From positions 635 to 64,634 of the forward strand of contig CAYMXN010000003.1 in NCBI GenBank assembly GCA_964394435.1: a DNA stretch of 64,000 nt, in the 5' to 3' direction. This DNA comes from an uncultured Candidatus Saccharibacteria bacterium. Its GTDB lineage: Bacteria > Patescibacteriota > Minisyncoccia > UBA6257 > 1-14-0-10-44-23. This document shows, piece after piece, positions 49,768 through 59,249 of this stretch (the stretch's first letter is position 1; each line of letters begins with the position of its first letter). A program made the translations under genes and the position numbers. The notes beneath the pieces were generated by a model. It saw only the letters and a program-made list of their open reading frames with translations, was not told the DNA's origin and did not search any database.

Positions 49768-51402
49768 ATGCTATCCGAAGATTTAAAAAAGGTAGTGAAG
49801 GGTGAGGTGATTACTGACGCCGAAGTACTAAAGAAATTTAGTCATGACGCAAGTATTTTTGAGGTAAAGCCAGAGGTGATTGTTGCGCCGAAAGATGCTC
49901 AAGATATCCAAAACCTTGTAAAGTATGTAAACGAGCAGCGCGCAATTGATAAAAAAATCTCGCTAACTCCGCGTTCAGGTGGTACATGTATGTCGGGTGG
50001 ACCGCTCACTGAATCTATCAGTTTAGATATGACTGCGCACTTCAATCAGATTCTTGATGTTGGGTCAGATTCAGCCACGGTTCAGCCGGGAGTCTACTAT
50101 CGTGATTTTGACGTTCAAACTAAGCGACGTGATGTGTTTATGCCGAGCTACCCGGCGAGTCGTGAGCTATGCACCGTAGGAGGTATGGTCGCCAATAACT
50201 CGGGTGGCGAAAAAACGCTACAGTATGGCAAGACAGAAAAATATGTCCTTGAGTTAAAAATGGTACTCGCTGATGGTAATGAGTATACGTTTGCGCCGAT
50301 CTCGCGGAAAGATTTAGAGATTAAGATGAAGCTGCAAAACTTTGAAGGGCAGCTGTATAAAAAAATATACGACCTGTTTATTAAAAATCAGACGTTGCTC
50401 GCATCAGCAAAGCCAAACGTGAGTAAAAACTCGGCCGGATACTTTTTGTGGAACGTGTTTGACGGGGAGACATTTGATATGACCAGGCTGATCACGGGCA
50501 GTCAGGGAACGCTTGGTATTATCACGCAAATTAAGTTTCGCCTCGTGCCGGTAAAAAAGATTTCTAAGATGCTCGTTATGTTTATGAATGACTTGTCGAA
50601 GTTAGGTGATGTTATTGTCGAGCTTGGAAAACATCAACCAGAGGCGCTTGAAAGTTATGATGACAAAACGCTTAAGCTTGCGATGAAGTTTTTCCCGGGG
50701 ATGGTTAAGATTTTAAAACCAAAGCATATCCTGTCGATGATGTGGCACTTGCTGCCCGAGGCTGGCATGCTACTGACCGGCGGTATGCCTAAGCTTGTTA
50801 TTATGGCCGAGTTCACAGGTAATAACGAAGCAGAGCTTGATGAGCGCCTCCGTGCCGCAGAGAAAGCAGTAAAGCCATTCAATGAACGAACGCGTATTAC
50901 GAAAACCGAAGAAGAGGAGCGTGAGTTCTGGGTTATTCGGCGCGAGAGCTTTAATCTACTCCGCAATAAGGTAAAGGATAAGCGCACCGCTCCATTTATT
51001 GATGATTTTATCGTTCGCCCAGAGCGCCTTCCAGAGTTCTTGCCTCGCCTAAATGCGATCTTAGGAAAGTACGACATCATTTACACGATCGCCGGGCACC
51101 CGGGAGATGGGAACTTTCATATTATCCCGCTTATGAACCTCAATGATGATACGCAGCGTTCGATTATTCCAAAGCTCTCGGAGGAGGTATATAGCCTTAT
51201 CGCAGAATTCAAGGGTTCGATAACTGCCGAGCACAACGATGGGTTAATTCGCACTCCATATCTCAATAAGATGTATAGCCAAGAAGTGCTCGATATTTTT
51301 ACCGAAATCAAGAAGGCGTTTGATCCGCAGGGGATATTTAATCCGGGAAAAAAGGTAGGAGGATCGTTAGCATTTTCACTTTCCCATATTAAACGAGCAT
51401 GA
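49768..51402 (+). CDS. FAD-linked oxidase (FAD-binding PCMH type, GlcD/D-lactate dehydrogenase-like)
   Basis: FAD_binding_4 pattern: ...VVAPKDAQDIQNLVKY......PRSGGTCMSGGPL....ISLDMT...ILDV......VQPGVYYRDF....PASRELCTVGGMVANNSGG... then a C-terminal FAD-oxidase_C-like half. Confidence 0.8.
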   Translation: MLSEDLKKVVKGEVITDAEVLKKFSHDASIFEVKPEVIVAPKDAQDIQNLVKYVNEQRAIDKKISLTPRSGGTCMSGGPLTESISLDMTAHFNQILDVGSDSATVQPGVYYRDFDVQTKRRDVFMPSYPASRELCTVGGMVANNSGGEKTLQYGKTEKYVLELKMVLADGNEYTFAPISRKDLEIKMKLQNFEGQLYKKIYDLFIKNQTLLASAKPNVSKNSAGYFLWNVFDGETFDMTRLITGSQGTLGIITQIKFRLVPVKKISKMLVMFMNDLSKLGDVIVELGKHQPEALESYDDKTLKLAMKFFPGMVKILKPKHILSMMWHLLPEAGMLLTGGMPKLVIMAEFTGNNEAELDERLRAAEKAVKPFNERTRITKTEEEEREFWVIRRESFNLLRNKVKDKRTAPFIDDFIVRPERLPEFLPRLNAILGKYDIIYTIAGHPGDGNFHIIPLMNLNDDTQRSIIPKLSEEVYSLIAEFKGSITAEHNDGLIRTPYLNKMYSQEVLDIFTEIKKAFDPQGIFNPGKKVGGSLAFSLSHIKRA

Positions 51403-52400
51403 AGACAATCACAGAGCTCATTATCATTTTCGCCGCTTTTATTGGCTTTACGATTTCATTTTTCATCAGACACAAAAAGCGTACGAGCGAAAAGCTTGTT
51501 TGCTATCTCGGGTCTGATTGTAACGCGGTAGTTCATAGTGAGTTCGCTTTTTTCTTTGGTATTCCTGTGGAGATTATCGGGATGCTGTATTACGCCGCAA
51601 TTGCGATCGGTCACGGATTCGTACTCGGATTTCCCGCATTATTTCCGACGTGGTTTGATCTCGCACTCTTACTCGCATCTGCCGCAGGATTTCTATTCAG
51701 CTGCTATCTTATCTTCCTTCAGGCGTTTACGATCAAGCAGTGGTGTATGTGGTGTATCTTTTCCGCGGGAATGTGTACAGCGATTTTTATCTCGGGGGTG
51801 ACGGGCGCTGCCGGAACGATGCTCGACTTGCTCCGTAATAGCAAGGAGTTTATCGTGATCATTCACGCGTTTGCGATGGCGATCGGCCTTGGCACAGCGA
51901 CGATTACTGATGTCTTTTTCTTCAAGTTTCTTAAGAATTTCAAAATAACCGAAGACGAGGTTGAAACGTTTAGAACACTATCGCAAATTATCTGGGCCGC
52001 GCTCGCACTAGTTATTATCTCGGGCGTAGCGCTCTTTTTGCCAGCCACGCTCACGTATGTGGCGAGTGCAAAGTTTTTAGCAAAACTAATTATCGTACTG
52101 ATTATTATTGCTAACGGCGCGGTGCTTAACTTGTACGTCTCCCCGCATCTGACAAAAATCTCCTTCGGGCAAGCGCATAATCACGTCCCAGGCGAGCTCC
52201 ATACAATTCGGCGTATCGCGTTTGCGCTCGGAGGTATCTCACTAACTTCATGGTACAGCGCCTTTATCCTGGGTTCGGTCCGTTCGCTCCCATTTTCAGT
52301 TTCGCAAATACTGTTCGGATATCTAGCGATCGTAGTGGGCGCAATCATTATGAGTCAGCTTATGGAGCGAACCTTTTCTAAGCGTGCGCTTGAGTCATAA
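51399..52400 (+). CDS. Vitamin K epoxide reductase (VKOR)-family membrane protein with an extra C-terminal polytopic domain
   Basis: TM1, then a loop Cys pair (CYLGSDCNAVV), then TM with CxxC (QWCMWCIFSAG). Roughly 190 further aa of hydrophobic helices. Confidence 0.5.
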   Translation: MKTITELIIIFAAFIGFTISFFIRHKKRTSEKLVCYLGSDCNAVVHSEFAFFFGIPVEIIGMLYYAAIAIGHGFVLGFPALFPTWFDLALLLASAAGFLFSCYLIFLQAFTIKQWCMWCIFSAGMCTAIFISGVTGAAGTMLDLLRNSKEFIVIIHAFAMAIGLGTATITDVFFFKFLKNFKITEDEVETFRTLSQIIWAALALVIISGVALFLPATLTYVASAKFLAKLIIVLIIIANGAVLNLYVSPHLTKISFGQAHNHVPGELHTIRRIAFALGGISLTSWYSAFILGSVRSLPFSVSQILFGYLAIVVGAIIMSQLMERTFSKRALES

Positions 52401-52623
52401 TATGCGCATTGTTGTGCACGCCTCCCCGGGAGCAAAAGTCGCAGAGGTGATTCCGCTCACGCAACCAAACCACTTTCGGGTAAGAATCAACGCGCCAGCT
52501 AAAGAAAACAAGGCGAACATCCGATTATTAGAAATTATTGCCGAACATTTCAAGGTAAGTCAGAGTATGGTCAAATTTGTCTCCGGAGTGAGCAGTAAAG
52601 ACAAAATCCTCGAAGTAGGCTAG
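52384..52623 (+). CDS. DUF167/YggU (UPF0235) family protein
   Basis: ...IVVHASPGAKVAEV......FRVRINAPAKENKANIRLLEIIAEHFKVSQSMVKFVSGVSSKDKIL matches the YggU pattern. Confidence 0.6.
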   Translation: MRLSHNMRIVVHASPGAKVAEVIPLTQPNHFRVRINAPAKENKANIRLLEIIAEHFKVSQSMVKFVSGVSSKDKILEVG

Positions 52624-52639
52624 GATAGCACATACAGCT

Positions 52640-53608
52640 ATGCTTGTAGATGAAGTAACAATCCATATTAAAGCAGGGAAAGGCGGCGACGGTGCCGTTT
52701 CTTTTAGTAAGATTCCGCAGGTTCTTGGCCCAACAGGCGGCGACGGCGGCGACGGCGGGAGCGTGTACGTAGAGGGAGTTTCGAACCTTTCGGCTCTGCG
52801 TCAGTTTAGGTTTAAAAAAGATTTCTTTGCGCAAGATGGCGAAAACGGTAAGGTGCGTAATCAATCCGGCCGTGCGGGCGATGATTTGGTGCTTAAAATT
52901 CCAGTCGGAACGATTATTCACAATCTTGATAAAAAAGAGCGTATCGAAGTGCTCGAGGTAGGAAAGAGAATCTTAGTCGCCTATGGCGGCAAGGGGGGTA
53001 AGGGGAATAACTTTTTTAAGTCATCGACTAATACGAGCCCGATGCAATCAGAGGCGGGTCGCCCAGGCCAAGAGTTCGAGTGTTTGCTCGAGCTGCAGTT
53101 AATCGCTGATATCGGACTTATCGGACTACCAAATGCCGGCAAGTCGAGCTTGCTTAACGAGCTTACGCGTGCGGCTGCTAAGGTGGCAAACTATCCGTTT
53201 ACTACGCTCGAGCCAAACCTGGGCGTTTATTACGGACCAAATGATTCTACAATCGTACTCGCCGACATTCCGGGATTGATTGAGGGTGCTTCGAGTGGCA
53301 AGGGATTGGGTATTAAATTTTTGCGCCACATCGCTCGCACGAAACAACTTGTCCACTGCATCGCTTCCGATTCGCAGGATATGGTGCGCGATTATAAAAC
53401 GATTCGAGCAGAACTAAAAGCGTTCGATCCAGCACTTCTTAAAAAGAAAGAAATTATTTTGTTAACAAAAGTTGATTTAATCTCCGAAGACGAGGTAAAG
53501 GAGCGGCTCGCGCTGCTTAAGCAACTTAATCCAGACGCTTTTACGGTTTCGATTAAAGACAAAAAGAGTCTTGACGGTTTTAAAAAGTTTTTAACGACCG
53601 AAAAATAA
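52640..53608 (+). CDS. obg: GTPase Obg/CgtA
   Basis: Obg fold N-terminus VDEVTIHIKAGKGGDGAVSF...GGDGGDGGSV. G1 GLPNAGKSSL. G3 DIPGLIEGA. G4 TKVD. Confidence 0.9.
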   Translation: MLVDEVTIHIKAGKGGDGAVSFSKIPQVLGPTGGDGGDGGSVYVEGVSNLSALRQFRFKKDFFAQDGENGKVRNQSGRAGDDLVLKIPVGTIIHNLDKKERIEVLEVGKRILVAYGGKGGKGNNFFKSSTNTSPMQSEAGRPGQEFECLLELQLIADIGLIGLPNAGKSSLLNELTRAAAKVANYPFTTLEPNLGVYYGPNDSTIVLADIPGLIEGASSGKGLGIKFLRHIARTKQLVHCIASDSQDMVRDYKTIRAELKAFDPALLKKKEIILLTKVDLISEDEVKERLALLKQLNPDAFTVSIKDKKSLDGFKKFLTTEK

Positions 53609-53644
53609 AAAGAGCCCGTCGCACAGTGGTGCGAAGCGGGCTCG
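53601..53644 (-). terminator. Intrinsic terminator between obg (+) and the minus-strand GC-rich gene
   Basis: A-rich run then extended stem GAGCCCGTCGCAC-agtg-GTGCGA(a)GCGGGCTC. A U-run follows only on the minus strand. Confidence 0.55.
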
Positions 53645-53648
53645 GGAA

Positions 53649-54167
53649 CTACGCGGCCGGAGGCGGGTTGTCGCTCTCTTCGACGACTTGAAGTTGAGGG
53701 CTGTGTCCGGCGGAGCGCTTCTTTTTGTTCGCACGCCACCTTCGATTTGCTTCAGCGCGCCTCTTGAGATTTTCCTCGCGCGTAAGCCTGGGCGCTGGCG
53801 CCTCCCACTGGGAAACGTCTTCAGGGGTTGCTTCGATTACGCCGGCGATCCGGAGATCGCGCAAGTTGCGTTCGGCATCATACAGGAGTTCGGCGATGAT
53901 CATACGCCGGAGAAGTTGCGGATGACTTGCGATCTCGCGGCGCCATTCCGGATTGTTGCGAATCCGTCGAACGATTCTGCAAAACGGTTGACGTGGTTGA
54001 GTTGCCCCACTAAGAAAGTGAGCAATCGCCTTGGTGTTTGCGTGTGCGCATACAGCAAGAAGGCGAAGGCCATCGGCTCCCGTCGGGACAATTCTGTACT
54101 CAAAGAGAGATTCCAGGATGGCACGAGGAAGAAGTGTCGCGAGCGGGACAGAGGGCAGTATGGGCAT
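53649..54167 (-). CDS. Hypothetical GC-rich protein (172 aa) with a basic C-terminal region
   Basis: AAGGAG lies 7 nt upstream of the ATG at 54167 (MPILPSVPLATLLPRAIL...). The gene ends ...RREENLKRRAEANRRWRANKKKRSAGH... The antisense ORF 53688..54248 was discounted. GC is well above the local background. Confidence 0.45.
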   Translation of the reverse strand: MPILPSVPLATLLPRAILESLFEYRIVPTGADGLRLLAVCAHANTKAIAHFLSGATQPRQPFCRIVRRIRNNPEWRREIASHPQLLRRMIIAELLYDAERNLRDLRIAGVIEATPEDVSQWEAPAPRLTREENLKRRAEANRRWRANKKKRSAGHSPQLQVVEESDNPPPAA

Positions 54168-54275
54168 GTCGAAGCTCCTTTGTCGGGGGGAAGACAAAAA
54201 GAGCTTATACCTAACTATCAGAAAAAGAAAGATGTCTGGTTGCAATAAACTAATTATCAGGGTATTATATGTCTC

Positions 54276-54701
54276 ATGAAAAACGCCGTCATATTTTTAG
54301 TCATCGTCGTCATCGTGTTAGGTATCGCGTTTATCTATAAGCCAACTAATAATCAACCAACTATGCCAGCCAATAATGTAACTGGATTGCAAATTGAAGA
54401 CGTCAAAGTAGGTACGGGAGCTGCAGCTCAAAACGGAAATGTAGTTACCGTGCACTACACCGGTACGCTCGTAAACGGAACCAAGTTCGACAGTTCAGTC
54501 GACAGGGGTCAGCCATTTAGTTTTACGCTTGGCGCTGGTCAGGTTATTCAGGGTTGGGAGGAAGGTTTACTGGGTATGAAGGTTGGGGGTAAGCGAAAAT
54601 TGCGGATCCCTCCGGACATGGCCTACGGCGACCGTGCGCTCGGTCCTATTCCCGCCAACTCAACATTGATCTTCGAGGTTGAACTCCTCGGCGTAAAGTA
54701 A
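54276..54701 (+). CDS. FKBP-type peptidyl-prolyl cis-trans isomerase with an N-terminal anchor
   Basis: [62 protein letters not shown]....[16 protein letters not shown]. Confidence 0.85.
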   Translation: MKNAVIFLVIVVIVLGIAFIYKPTNNQPTMPANNVTGLQIEDVKVGTGAAAQNGNVVTVHYTGTLVNGTKFDSSVDRGQPFSFTLGAGQVIQGWEEGLLGMKVGGKRKLRIPPDMAYGDRALGPIPANSTLIFEVELLGVK

Positions 54702-54763
54702 AACCAATGTAAGAAGGAGCGGGCGACAGCCCGCTTTTTCAATTAATTTTAGACATAGCTTAT

Positions 54764-56557
54764 ATGCAAGAAATTCGTAACATCGCAATTATCGCTCACG
54801 TCGACCACGGCAAAACGACACTCGTTGACGCTTTATTAAAGCAGTCGGAAAATTTTAAAACCAAAGCTGACGAGGGAGCTGACTTGATCTTGGACAACAA
54901 CGCTCTTGAGCGCGAGCGCGGTATTACGATTCTAAGTAAAAACGTCGCCATTAACTACAAGGGCATTAAGGTTAATATCGTAGACACGCCGGGTCACGCT
55001 GACTTCGGTGGTGAGGTTGAGCGTATTATGCGTATGGTAGACGGCGTACTTTTGCTTGTTGATGCAAAAGAAGGCCCGATGCCGCAGACGAAGTTCGTAT
55101 TAAAGAAGGCAATCGAGGCCGGTCACCGCGCAATTGTCGTTATCAATAAAATCGATAAACCATCGGCACGAACTCGGTGGGTGCTCGATGAGACGTTTAA
55201 CTTATTTGTTGACCTTGGCGCGACCGATGAACAGGCAAACTTCCCGGTTATTTATGCTGCCGGACTCCAGGGTAAGGCCGGACTTGTTGATGATCTTTCA
55301 AAGATGACTGACATCGCCCCATTATTTGAGACGATTGTTAGCTACATTAAGCCACCAGAAGCTGACTTAGCTGCCCCAACACAGTTTCTTACCGTTAACC
55401 TTGCGCAAGACTCATATAAAGGAAAAATCGCTGTGGGTCGCTTGTACGCCGGTAGCTTGAAAGCCGGACAGCAAGTTATGCATATTAACCGTGAAGGTAA
55501 GATGAAAAAGGCCCAAATCACCTCACTGATGGTATTTAACGAGCTCCAGCGTAAAGAGGTTCCGGAAGTATTCGCAGGCGACATTGTCGCTATCGCCGGT
55601 ATTGAAGATATCTCGATCGGTGAAACGATCGCTGATGTTAATAATCCAAAGCAGCTCCCTCCAATCCATATCGACGAGCCAACCTTAAAGGCGGTGTTTT
55701 ATGTAAACAAGAGTCCGTTTGCTGGTAAAGAAGGAGAGTATGTAACGAGCCGCAATATCAAAGAGCGTTTATTTAAAGAAGTAGAAACCGATGTTGCGCT
55801 TAAAGTTGCTGAAACAACTGACGCCGACCGCTGGGTGGTTTCCGGGCGTGGCGAGTTGCACCTCTCGATTTTAATTGAGCGTATGCGGCGCGAAGGATAT
55901 GAGTTGGCGATCGGCCGTCCGCAAGTTATTTACAAAGAAGACGAAAAGGGTAATAAGCTCGAGCCTATTGAGCTCGCAGCTATTGAAGTACCAAACGAAT
56001 TTGTGGGAGCGATTATGCAGGATATGGGTAGCCGTCTCGGTAAGTTGCGTGAGATGCGTCCGGATGGAAATATTACGAAGCTCGAGTTTGTTATCCCGAC
56101 GCGTGGACTTATCGGATACCGTAGCGATTTTATGACTCGCACCAAAGGACAGGGTATTATGAACACGATTTTCTTTGGATATGAGCCGTACAAGGGCGAC
56201 CTCGTTTCATTGCCGCACGGTTCCTTGGTTGCGCACGAGACGGGCACTTCAACAAACTATGGTTTGATGGCTGCTCAAGAGCGCGGACATATGTTTATCG
56301 GGCCGGGTGTGCAGGTATATCAGGGTATGATTGTTGGTATTAACGCAAAAGATATGGACCTTGTGGTAAACGTTTGTCGTGAGAAACAGCTCTCAAACAT
56401 GCGCAGTAAAGGTGAGGGAGCGATGGAGTTCTTAGACGTTCCATTGCAGCTCACACTCGAAGATGCACTTGAGTATATCGCCGATGACGAGCTCGTTGAG
56501 GTAACGCCGAAGTCGATTAGAATGCGTAAAATTGATCTCAAAAAAGGAGCGAAGTAA
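54764..56557 (+). CDS. typA: Translational GTPase BipA/TypA
   Basis: IRNIAIIAHVDHGKTTLVDALL. DTPGHADFGGEVER. NKIDK. EF-G-like domains to 597 aa. Confidence 0.9.
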   Translation: MQEIRNIAIIAHVDHGKTTLVDALLKQSENFKTKADEGADLILDNNALERERGITILSKNVAINYKGIKVNIVDTPGHADFGGEVERIMRMVDGVLLLVDAKEGPMPQTKFVLKKAIEAGHRAIVVINKIDKPSARTRWVLDETFNLFVDLGATDEQANFPVIYAAGLQGKAGLVDDLSKMTDIAPLFETIVSYIKPPEADLAAPTQFLTVNLAQDSYKGKIAVGRLYAGSLKAGQQVMHINREGKMKKAQITSLMVFNELQRKEVPEVFAGDIVAIAGIEDISIGETIADVNNPKQLPPIHIDEPTLKAVFYVNKSPFAGKEGEYVTSRNIKERLFKEVETDVALKVAETTDADRWVVSGRGELHLSILIERMRREGYELAIGRPQVIYKEDEKGNKLEPIELAAIEVPNEFVGAIMQDMGSRLGKLREMRPDGNITKLEFVIPTRGLIGYRSDFMTRTKGQGIMNTIFFGYEPYKGDLVSLPHGSLVAHETGTSTNYGLMAAQERGHMFIGPGVQVYQGMIVGINAKDMDLVVNVCREKQLSNMRSKGEGAMEFLDVPLQLTLEDALEYIADDELVEVTPKSIRMRKIDLKKGAK

Positions 56558-56621
56558 AAAAATGAGCCCGAGGAGGGCTCGTTTTTTATCAAGAGCATAT
56601 CCTATGATATAGTTAACGCAT

Positions 56622-57680
56622 ATGACTACTCGAACAATTCAAGTATCTTTTTTCTTTGCGATGTTCGGGATTATCGCGGTATTGGCATTTTTTATCTTTA
56701 AGCCATACCTCAATATTCTCGTGCTCGCGGCAACTTTCGCGGTTGTCTTTTATCCGCTTTATCAAAAACTGCGGAAGTTTTTTGGCGAAAAAAACCCTGG
56801 CGTAGCCGCTTGTGCAACGATCGTAAGTGTAATGATTATTGTATTTGTTCCGCTGACTATTTTAGGTACGCAAGTGGTGTCAGAAACGCAGATGTTAGTA
56901 AGTAGAATTAATGATGCGAATGCGCACGAAGAAAATATTTTAGGAAATCTACCGCTTTCAGATAACTCGACCATTCGTAGTCTCCAGGAGCGCGCCCAGG
57001 GATTTTTAACTGAATCGACCGCCGACCTTGGCCGCTTCGCGCAAAATATCTTAAGCAAAGTGATAAATAATCTCGCTGCGCTGTTTCAGAGTATCGCTCA
57101 AGCGTTTCTTGCTGTATTTCTTTGGTTCCTCGCTTTTTATTACTTCTTGCGCGACGGGCATCACATCAAAAAAGTGATCGTCGGGCTTTCGCCGCTATCT
57201 GATAAGTACGATAACGAGATTTTGAGTAAGGTTTCAGTTTCAATGAAGTCGGTTATCGGCGGGACACTGATTGTCGCAATTATTCAGGGTGTGCTCGCTG
57301 GTGTTGGGTTTTGGATTTTTACTATTCCAAGCCCATCAATCTGGGGAGCGCTTACGGTTATTACCGCACTTATTCCGATGGTGGGTACCGCACTTATTTC
57401 GATTCCGGCTATTGGGTATCTCTTTGTAACCGGCAATACCATAATGGCGATCGGACTGTTTATTTGGAGTATGTTGCTTGTTGGTGGTGTAGATAATATT
57501 ATTCGCCCAAAGTTGATCCAGCGCGGCATCCAAGTGCACCCATTTATTATCTTATTGAGCGTATTAGGTGGAATTAGTGTGTTTGGACCGATCGGATTTT
57601 TAACCGGTCCGATTATCGTGACGCTTTTCTCTGAATTTTTAAGCATCTATCGACATCTCGTCTTACATAAGGAAGAATAG
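56622..57680 (+). CDS. AI-2E family transporter (UPF0118/PerM)
   Basis: 8-TM layout with conserved ...FLPLLIA... equivalents and the C-terminal GPIIVTLF motif region. 352 aa. Confidence 0.75.
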   Translation: MTTRTIQVSFFFAMFGIIAVLAFFIFKPYLNILVLAATFAVVFYPLYQKLRKFFGEKNPGVAACATIVSVMIIVFVPLTILGTQVVSETQMLVSRINDANAHEENILGNLPLSDNSTIRSLQERAQGFLTESTADLGRFAQNILSKVINNLAALFQSIAQAFLAVFLWFLAFYYFLRDGHHIKKVIVGLSPLSDKYDNEILSKVSVSMKSVIGGTLIVAIIQGVLAGVGFWIFTIPSPSIWGALTVITALIPMVGTALISIPAIGYLFVTGNTIMAIGLFIWSMLLVGGVDNIIRPKLIQRGIQVHPFIILLSVLGGISVFGPIGFLTGPIIVTLFSEFLSIYRHLVLHKEE

Positions 57681-57682
57681 GG

Positions 57683-58270
57683 TTGATGAAAAAGAGTCAG
57701 ATCGCCTCAATACTCAAAGAAGGTGGCGTAGCAATTATTCCAACCGACACACTGTACGGATTAGTTGCGCGCGCAGATAAACAGCAAGCAGTTGAGCGTA
57801 TCTATGCGATTAAGGGACGTACGCCAACTAAGCCGCTCATAATTTTGATTAGCTCGTTACAGGATATTGAACGATTCTCCGTCCAGTTAAATCACGACCA
57901 AAAGAAGATTTGTGAGAAACTCTGGCCAGGTAAGGTGAGTATTATTTTGCCATGTGCGCAAGAGCAGTTTGCGTATCTTCATCGCAAAACTAACTCGCTC
58001 GCGTTTCGTATGCCAAAGGCGAGCTGGTTGCGCAGGCTCATCGCGCAGACTGGTCCGTTGGTAGCTCCGAGCGCTAATCCGGAAGGGCTTGAGCCGGCAA
58101 AAACCATCAAAGAGGCGCGCGCTTATTTTAGCGATCAGGTTGATGGGTATTACTCTAGGCTGTTTCCGCGACTCGGCAAGCCTTCAACGTTGGTTGAGCT
58201 GCGAGGCGAGAAGGTGGTAGTCTTAAGGCAAGGAGCAGGTAGTATCCCAGAAGACTTAATCGCCAGCTAG
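57683..58270 (+). CDS. tsaC: L-threonylcarbamoyladenylate synthase (YrdC/Sua5 family)
   Basis: GGVAIIPTDTLYGLVARADKQQAVERIYAIKGRTPTKPLIILISS...RMP matches the YrdC domain. Confidence 0.8.
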   Translation: MMKKSQIASILKEGGVAIIPTDTLYGLVARADKQQAVERIYAIKGRTPTKPLIILISSLQDIERFSVQLNHDQKKICEKLWPGKVSIILPCAQEQFAYLHRKTNSLAFRMPKASWLRRLIAQTGPLVAPSANPEGLEPAKTIKEARAYFSDQVDGYYSRLFPRLGKPSTLVELRGEKVVVLRQGAGSIPEDLIAS

Positions 58271-58526
58271 GCGAGAGGAGGTGTGCAGTGGCGCGATCGC
58301 AAGTCAGGAAAATCAGATCGTCAACAACTGTGCGACTCGTGAGACAATTACTTGCTCATCCAGCAAAGACGCCAGGCGTCGACCCGTGGTGGTTGCTTCA
58401 GCAGAAGATTAATCGCATGTGCAATCGGCAAAGGCGAGCGACGGAGCGTGTTATGCAGAGCGGTACAAGATGGTAGTTTCCCGTGCGCCTACCTTTGTGG
58501 TAGGCGCACGGGACCAATATCTATAT

Positions 58527-59210
58527 ATGAAAAAGAAGTTAGCAATTTTTGACATCGACGGAACAATTTTCCGCAACTCACTCCTCATTGAGCTGCATTG
58601 GAAGCTTATTAAAGATGGCGTATTTCCAAAATCTGACTTAGCAAAAATCGATAGCTACTATTGGGCGTGGGTAAACCGTGAAGGAAGTTATCAAGAATAT
58701 TTGGATAAAGTAATTGAAAGTTTTGATAAGGGTATTAAGGGTAAGCGAGTTGACGTTATTCGTTCAGCTGCGCGCGAAGTAGTTGAGCGGCAGAATAAAA
58801 TCGTCTACCGATTTACGCGTGACCTAATCAAGAAGATTCGCAAAGAGTATTTTTTACTGGCTATTTCCGGTTCGCCGATCGAAACCGTCGAAGAGTTTAA
58901 TCGATTTTGGAAGTTTGATGCGATTACTGGTACGACGCACGAAGAGCGCTTTGGGCGGTACACAGGTAAGAAAATATTGGTGCCATCGGCAGATAAAAAG
59001 GGGGTAATTATCGATTTTTTACAGACGCATCCGAATATCTCAACTACCGGTTCGATCGGTATTGGCGACACCGAGTCTGATATCGGCATCTTTGATATGG
59101 TGCAGCGACCCATTTGCTTTAACCCGACCAAGAAGTTATTTGAGGTAGCAAAACGAAAGAAGTGGCCGATTGTGGTTGAGCGGAAAAATGTCGTATATAA
59201 AATCCAGTAA
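58527..59210 (+). CDS. HAD-superfamily hydrolase, subfamily IB (phosphoserine-phosphatase-like)
   Basis: ATG at 58527. Motif I LAIFDIDGTIF. Motif II LAISGSP. Motif IV GIGDTESDIGIFD. Confidence 0.65.
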   Translation: MKKKLAIFDIDGTIFRNSLLIELHWKLIKDGVFPKSDLAKIDSYYWAWVNREGSYQEYLDKVIESFDKGIKGKRVDVIRSAAREVVERQNKIVYRFTRDLIKKIRKEYFLLAISGSPIETVEEFNRFWKFDAITGTTHEERFGRYTGKKILVPSADKKGVIIDFLQTHPNISTTGSIGIGDTESDIGIFDMVQRPICFNPTKKLFEVAKRKKWPIVVERKNVVYKIQ

Positions 59211-59213
59211 ATC

Positions 59214-59240
59214 AAAAACCCGCGCGATGCGCGGGTTTTT
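59214..59240. terminator. Bidirectional Rho-independent terminator between convergent genes
   Basis: AAAAA-CCCGCGC-gat-GCGCGGG-TTTTT. Confidence 0.7.
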
Positions 59241-59249
59241 GATTTCAGA

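Noticed and set aside
53688-54248. 186-aa plus-strand ORF antisense to the GC-rich gene
   Set aside because: No RBS. Gly/Arg/Ala-rich antisense-type composition. The minus-strand frame has AAGGAG-7-ATG and a downstream terminator.
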